Shown: positions 15,273 through 19,763 of the stretch, one piece after another | Layout: each line of letters opens with the position of its first letter | Position numbering within the stretch: the first letter of the stretch is position 1 | Origin: a virus | Taxonomy: Duplodnaviria > Heunggongvirae > Uroviricota > Caudoviricetes | Reading direction: 5' to 3' (one strand) | Virus record (IMG/VR): IMGVR_UViG_3300021255_003103 | Location: 108,954 to 128,716 of that record | DNA length: 19,763 nucleotides | The notes under the pieces: model-generated | The model's input: only the letters and a program-made list of their open reading frames with translations | Database searches by the model: none | Told to the model about the DNA's origin: nothing | Translations under genes and position numbers: made by a program

Positions 15273-15902
15273 ATGACAAACAATATTGATATAATGAAAT
15301 GGTATATGAAAAATTTAGGTATACCAGTTGAACAAAGATATAGAAATGATTTATATTTTGATGTTCAATTAATTCGTAGAGGTAAAGACAATCCAGATAT
15401 ACCAGCAGCGAATTATATTTTTAAGACTTATTATATTGATTCAATTGAATTATTTGATAAGTATATAGATGAAATCAAAATTTGTTGTGATTTATTTCGT
15501 TTGCGTGCTTACATAAGTGTTAATGTTAAATCAAAATTTGAATTATTAAAAAAGACACTTGTTAAATACGCTGAAATGGTTGCTATTGGTGAATTTAAAA
15601 AACCATGGAGATTTTGCGATTATGTTAATGTTTCATTATCAGGTAAAGAAAAACGTTGGGTTATAGATTGTGATGAATGCGATAATTTTGATGATTATAT
15701 TTATAATGTTAAATCTATAATTCAAAAATGTACATGTAAATATGATAATCCAATAGTTATTGAAATTCCAACAAAGACAGGTTATCATTTGATTACTCAT
15801 CCATTTAACACATATGAATTTAATAAACATTTTGAAAAATTAAGTATTGATAAACCAGAAATTAAAAAAAATCACATAACATTATTGTATGAAAACTTAT
15901 AA
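15273..15902 (+). CDS. Conserved-looking phage protein with AEP (primase-polymerase)-like motifs
   Basis: WVIDCD (hhhDxD) and PTKTGYHLI (TxxGxH) in AEP order; N-terminal QLIRRGKDNP...RAYISVN. Confidence 0.5.
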   Translation: MTNNIDIMKWYMKNLGIPVEQRYRNDLYFDVQLIRRGKDNPDIPAANYIFKTYYIDSIELFDKYIDEIKICCDLFRLRAYISVNVKSKFELLKKTLVKYAEMVAIGEFKKPWRFCDYVNVSLSGKEKRWVIDCDECDNFDDYIYNVKSIIQKCTCKYDNPIVIEIPTKTGYHLITHPFNTYEFNKHFEKLSIDKPEIKKNHITLLYENL

Positions 15903-15923
15903 TTATGATTAAATAAAATTAAT

Positions 15924-16235
15924 ATGAAAAAACCTATAAGATACATAATAAGTAAATTTACATATCATGGAGCAAATCATCTAAATAATGATACTGGTTT
16001 ATATGAGATGAAAATTGAAGATAGATATCATATTTATCGTAGAGGAAATATTTTTAAGAAAAGACTTCATGTTGTTGGAGATTGGCTTTGCGATAGTCAA
16101 GGCGGTACTTGGTGTTTTCAAAATAATTTTAAATCTATTGAACAAGCGATATCTTATATAAAAGGCTGGCATATTGAAACTTATGGAATGAATAGAAATT
16201 ATATTGTTGAAAATTATGAACAACCGCAAGAATAG
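15924..16235 (+). CDS. Hypothetical protein, 103 aa
   Basis: Clean ORF. Confidence 0.75.
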   Translation: MKKPIRYIISKFTYHGANHLNNDTGLYEMKIEDRYHIYRRGNIFKKRLHVVGDWLCDSQGGTWCFQNNFKSIEQAISYIKGWHIETYGMNRNYIVENYEQPQE

Positions 16236-16638
16236 ACAAGAACAAATAAGAGCTGCTGCAAAATATACATCAGCAAAAAATGTTGAATCATTTGAAGGTG
16301 GAGCAAAATGGGCTGACTATAATCCTAATTGGCAAGAAGGATATCCTCAAAGAGAAGAAAATAAATATGGTCTTCCAAGATTATATCTATGTCAGATATT
16401 AATACTTGATATGACATTTGGATATCGTTATTCATATAGAGTTGGATTTATAAATGAACAAGGAAAATGGAATATTGAAAAAGAAGGATTTATAAAAGTT
16501 GTAAGATATCTTAATATATATTGTGATGAATCAGAATCTCAATTAATACAAAAGGACATACAAGATTTTAATAATAGTCAAAATAAGGAGCAAGAAGAAA
16601 ATGAAGATAATGGAGAAAATTACAAAGCTGCTGCATAA
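16216..16638 (+). CDS. Hypothetical phage protein with FEGGAKWADYNPNW motif
   Basis: ATG 16216 preferred to TTG 16204; from memory FxxGAxWAxxxP-type motifs occur in small phage proteins (not verified). Confidence 0.7.
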   Translation: MNNRKNRQEQIRAAAKYTSAKNVESFEGGAKWADYNPNWQEGYPQREENKYGLPRLYLCQILILDMTFGYRYSYRVGFINEQGKWNIEKEGFIKVVRYLNIYCDESESQLIQKDIQDFNNSQNKEQEENEDNGENYKAAA

Positions 16639-17074
16639 TAATGTATCAAAAAAATGGAACACTCTAAAGAAAGGTGATAAAATTTACTTATTGATTCCTA
16701 TTGAATATGAAGATACTTATAAATATACATATCAAGAATCTGAGATAATAAATATTAAAGAATATAATTTAATATGTAATGTTAGATTTAAGTATAATGA
16801 AAATTCTGGCAAACGTAAACGTGTTAATTTAGCAGTAAATAAATTAAAATATGATTTACCATATATTGCATTAAAACGTAATACAGAATTTGCAAAAGAA
16901 TATATGCCTGTATTTGGAGATATTATTGTAACATTTAATAATGATAAAGAGTACATTAATAACATATATGCTGAATTGATCACAAATAAAATTAAGGAAC
17001 AAGAAGAAATTGTTGCTAAAGAAAAGGATACATTAAGTAAGCTTTATTCATTACAATATAATAAAATAGTATGA
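16601..17074 (+). CDS. Hypothetical protein (KKGDKIY beta-rich N-terminus plus C-terminal coiled coil)
   Basis: Clean ORF; start uncertain (16601 or 16610), overlaps the upstream gene. Confidence 0.75.
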   Translation: MKIMEKITKLLHNNVSKKWNTLKKGDKIYLLIPIEYEDTYKYTYQESEIINIKEYNLICNVRFKYNENSGKRKRVNLAVNKLKYDLPYIALKRNTEFAKEYMPVFGDIIVTFNNDKEYINNIYAELITNKIKEQEEIVAKEKDTLSKLYSLQYNKIV

Positions 17075-17535
17075 GTAAATTTGCAAAAGATATCAAAATA
17101 AACGATATATTATGGGCAATTAGTGAAGGTGATAAACCACAATTACTTCCATTAATTATTACTAATATTAATATAAAGAAAATATTATGGACATGCTATT
17201 ATAATCTTACTGTTAGGCTTCCTGATGGTTCAGATAGATTTATATCATTGTTTGATACTGGAGAAAGACGAGATTATAATATTCCTTTATTAACAGATTT
17301 ATTAAGCACATTAGATTATAGTAATTATGAAGAATTGAAAAAATCAGAGATAAATATAATGGCGTGTTTTGATAAAGATGCTCTTTGGAAACATTATGTT
17401 AATGGATTAGAAAGCAGTATGAAATCAATTGAAGAAGTAATTGAAAGAGGAAAACAGAATTTAAATGAATTGAGTAATAAATTAAAATATATTAAGAAAC
17501 AACATGATAATATTCAAGAAGGGCAATTTATTTGA
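17071..17535 (+). CDS. Hypothetical protein (KINDILW N-terminus plus C-terminal coiled coil)
   Basis: ATGA-coupled; architecture like 16601. Confidence 0.8.
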   Translation: MSKFAKDIKINDILWAISEGDKPQLLPLIITNINIKKILWTCYYNLTVRLPDGSDRFISLFDTGERRDYNIPLLTDLLSTLDYSNYEELKKSEINIMACFDKDALWKHYVNGLESSMKSIEEVIERGKQNLNELSNKLKYIKKQHDNIQEGQFI

Positions 17536-17666
17536 ATCTGAATGCCAGTTACTAGTCAATATTATACATATAGCATTAATGTCTAATAAAGATTAATATA
17601 ATTGAAGATGATATACTTCCTCCTCAAGTAATGATATATAGTATGAATAAATTTAAATAAGTTAAT

Positions 17667-18080
17667 ATGACAAATAAATATTATGCATGGCATTGGTTAA
17701 ATGTTGAACCTGGAGATGATGTATATTATTATTCACATGGTAAAATATATAAACAAAAAATGTTGCATGCAAAAATGTATTATGAAACAATAGAATATTG
17801 TACTGGTCGTAAGGAAACTTATATGAAATATGTTGTATTTGAAGCTGTAGGAAAGTCAAATAGAAAAACAAAATTTAGATATGATATAAGTACAAGTGAA
17901 TTGGAAAATGGTTATGGTAGAGATCATAATGGTAATTTAAGATTTAGTTGTTTGGAAGCTGTTAAAGAATATTTTGAAGAAAAAAAGAAATATACAAAAT
18001 CATTAGTTTTGTATTATAATTATTTAGCAGAAAAGAATAATAAAATAATTGAAAAAATAAATAATTTATTAAATATATGA
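17667..18080 (+). CDS. Hypothetical protein (EPGDDVY N-terminus plus C-terminal coiled coil)
   Basis: Clean ORF; architecture like 16601 and 17071. Confidence 0.8.
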   Translation: MTNKYYAWHWLNVEPGDDVYYYSHGKIYKQKMLHAKMYYETIEYCTGRKETYMKYVVFEAVGKSNRKTKFRYDISTSELENGYGRDHNGNLRFSCLEAVKEYFEEKKKYTKSLVLYYNYLAEKNNKIIEKINNLLNI

Positions 18081-18424
18081 TAGATAATCACACAATAGTA
18101 ATTTATGGATGGAAAATTGAAGGCAGTGATGAAGTTCGTAAAATTGGTAAAAAACTAGAAAAAGTTGATGAAGAGTATTGGGATAAATTTCAAAATATAA
18201 TAATTGATGATACAATGTGTGGCAATTATTTATATTTTGGAGCAATATTAGTTAATTATGATGCAGGTGAAGATCCGGATCCAGTTATTATAAATTCAGA
18301 ATTAATTACTAAAGCAACATCTGAATATAACAAAACAATTGAAGAAAATCCAGAACTTAAAAAAGTTCTTAATAAATATACAAAAACACCAGCACAATTG
18401 TTTGTGTTTCAACATATTTGGTAA
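18077..18424 (+). CDS. Hypothetical protein, 115 aa
   Basis: ATGA-coupled. Confidence 0.8.
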   Translation: MIDNHTIVIYGWKIEGSDEVRKIGKKLEKVDEEYWDKFQNIIIDDTMCGNYLYFGAILVNYDAGEDPDPVIINSELITKATSEYNKTIEENPELKKVLNKYTKTPAQLFVFQHIW

Positions 18425-18425
18425 T

Positions 18426-18686
18426 ATGAATAAATTAGCACCTACAATACAAGTACAAAATTTAAAAAAATATATTAGTGGCATTAGAAACATTTGTAAA
18501 GGGATAATAAAGTCTGATGATTTAAATGAAGAACAATTATATTATCTTCAAGAAGGCTTTAGAAGAGGATTATGTGCTGCTGCAATGTATTTAGCTGATG
18601 AACTTGATGCTGAAATTGGAGAAGGACATCATTTAGAAAAAGAAGAAATTTGGTGGCAATATTATAAAGAAGATTTTAATGATTAA
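18426..18686 (+). CDS. Hypothetical protein, 86 aa
   Basis: Start moved from 18339 (overlaps the upstream gene) to ATG 18426, 2 nt after the upstream stop: MNKLAPTIQ. Confidence 0.75.
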   Translation: MNKLAPTIQVQNLKKYISGIRNICKGIIKSDDLNEEQLYYLQEGFRRGLCAAAMYLADELDAEIGEGHHLEKEEIWWQYYKEDFND

Positions 18687-18693
18687 ATATCTT

Positions 18694-18715
18694 AATAATA
18701 TAATACATATAATAT
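18694..18715 (+). repeat. 22-bp direct repeat, copy 1 (AATAATATAATACATATAATAT)
   Basis: Identical to 19654-19675; intergenic, ends 14 nt upstream of ATG 18729. Confidence 0.85.
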
Positions 18716-18728
18716 AAATGTAAATGAT

Positions 18729-19613
18729 ATGTATGATATAATTACAAAAGAACAAGTTGAAAGAGCTTGGAAAGAATATTATGATTTTATACACAATGAG
18801 TTTGGTGGGCCAGGAAATGGATGCGATGATTATCGAGATTGTTCTCCTGAAGTTTCATCAAAAATAATGAAATTATATAAATTTGCTCAAAATTTACAAA
18901 AGAAATATGATGAATTAATAAAATATAATAATTATAATATGAATAAAGAAGAAAAAAGAGATTTGATAATTGATAAAGGCGTTAAAATTAAAGAATGGAT
19001 TAATTATAATATTAAAAAGCATGGCGCAAAGAATTTTTTTGATTGCGTTAATAATGCATGGCCTGACATATCTGAATCTATTAAGCAATCTATTCTTAAT
19101 GAAATATCTGAAAATATAAAACCAAAGCAAATTAATAATATTGAAGATTTAGCAAAGCTTCTTGATGGTAATGAATATGGAGATGAATTAGATAATGAAT
19201 ATAATATAGATGTCGAAGCTATTTGTCGTAAAAACAAATGGGTTATTGTATTTGGATATTCGGATGATTTAATTGAATTTAGAGGATTCATTGATGGTGA
19301 GGACGGCGCCTGGGACGGTGCATTGATGAAATTAGTAAAACCTGGAGATTTTTATATGGAAGATGAAGATGAAGAAACATATAAAAAATCAAAAGAATAT
19401 ACATTTGTGTCAATTAATGAATCTGAACTTAAAGAAATTCAAAATAATGGGTATCAAAATATATGTGTTGTAGAAATGCTATGGAGCCCAAATGATTCTA
19501 ATGCATCATGGCAAGTAAATTCAAAAGGTGCTCCATTTGTAAGATTTAATATAATGGAAGACGAAGAACTTTATTGTGAAGCAGCAATAATTGATTTAAG
19601 TAAATTAATATGA
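18729..19613 (+). CDS. Hypothetical phage protein, 294 aa; C-terminal domain with LDGNEY...VFGYSDDLIEFRG...IMEDEELYC
   Basis: Clean ORF; the C-terminal motif set is recalled as a widespread phage family of unknown function (not verified). Confidence 0.75.
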   Translation: MYDIITKEQVERAWKEYYDFIHNEFGGPGNGCDDYRDCSPEVSSKIMKLYKFAQNLQKKYDELIKYNNYNMNKEEKRDLIIDKGVKIKEWINYNIKKHGAKNFFDCVNNAWPDISESIKQSILNEISENIKPKQINNIEDLAKLLDGNEYGDELDNEYNIDVEAICRKNKWVIVFGYSDDLIEFRGFIDGEDGAWDGALMKLVKPGDFYMEDEDEETYKKSKEYTFVSINESELKEIQNNGYQNICVVEMLWSPNDSNASWQVNSKGAPFVRFNIMEDEELYCEAAIIDLSKLI

Positions 19614-19656
19614 GAGGGAAATTAAAATTATATTTAGGTAAATGCCATTATGCAAT

Positions 19657-19763
19657 AATATAATACATATAATATTTTTTATTCAAGAATTTCATAAAAA
19701 TATAATACATATAATATTTTTTATTCAAGAATTTCATAAAAATATAATACATATAATATTTTT
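19657..19763 (+). repeat. 42-bp perfect tandem repeat, 2 full copies plus a partial third cut by the window edge
   Basis: AATATAATACATATAATATTTTTTATTCAAGAATTTCATAAA at 19657-19698 and 19699-19740, first 23 nt again at 19741-19763. Confidence 0.95.

Noticed and set aside
15023-16235. Leader-like starts in the right module (MGNCVDKFIEN at 15023, MKKPIRYIISK at 15924; also MMNMYTTES at 13795)
   Set aside because: Spacing or the cleavage Glu does not fit [FY]-I-x-E at positions 7-10; treated as chance.
260-17659. 18-mer TATGAATAAATTTAAATA at 260-277 and 17642-17659
   Set aside because: Almost pure A/T; a rough estimate says a match of this length is not unexpected by chance in 20 kb of this composition.
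17542-17660. Possible frameshifted remnant (MPVTSQYYTYSINV / LIKINIIEDDILPPQVMIYSMNKFK)
   Set aside because: Too short and no paralog in the window to confirm it.
676-19291. Minus-strand ORFs in the track (676, 1196, 5875, 6938, 8134, 8823, 10038, 11328, 14641, 15639, 15999, 16732, 17662, 18302, 18915, 19004)
   Set aside because: All lie antisense to better-supported plus-strand genes or pseudogenes and have the F/I/L/S-rich composition typical of antisense shadows in AT-rich DNA.
1-19763. Stop-codon recoding (TAG=Gln as in some gut megaphages, or TGA=Trp)
   Set aside because: Long ORFs, including the 857-aa LRR, contain no in-frame TAG or TGA, TGG is used for Trp, and TGA ends several genes in ATGA overlaps. 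The isolated internal stops lie in otherwise damaged or single genes.
19657-19763. CRISPR array
   Set aside because: Units are head-to-tail with no unique spacers; no cas genes.

Overview
Very AT-rich (about one quarter G+C by eye), densely coding, almost entirely plus-strand segment that looks like part of a large tailed-phage genome. A Bacteroidales host is inferred from the absence of Shine-Dalgarno sites, TAATG/ATGA stop-start coupling, a TAnnTTTG element and a Prevotella/Bacteroides-style BspA LRR protein. Standard code 11. Left module (406-13687): a sigma70-family factor followed by an array of unrelated small genes that share only an N-terminal leader, M-K-[DNS]-[IL]-x-x-[FY]-I-x-E|[SA]. 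The leader is clear in 21 intact ORFs and 3 pseudogenes, with 2 short variants and 1 degenerate variant. It closely resembles the T4 internal-protein capsid-targeting sequence (MKTYQEFIAE, cut after Glu by prohead protease gp21). Tagged cargos include two PD-(D/E)xK-like nucleases, a ParB/Srx-like protein, very acidic small proteins and possibly the sigma factor itself. The array shows duplication, deletion and pseudogenisation, and an 857-aa BspA-type LRR gene sits inside it. Right module (13795-19763): untagged hypothetical phage genes, including a stand-alone gene with a premature TGA and an AEP-like protein, ending in a 42-bp tandem repeat. No tRNA, rRNA, CRISPR array or transposase was seen. 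Function calls rest on motifs read by eye; no database search was run.
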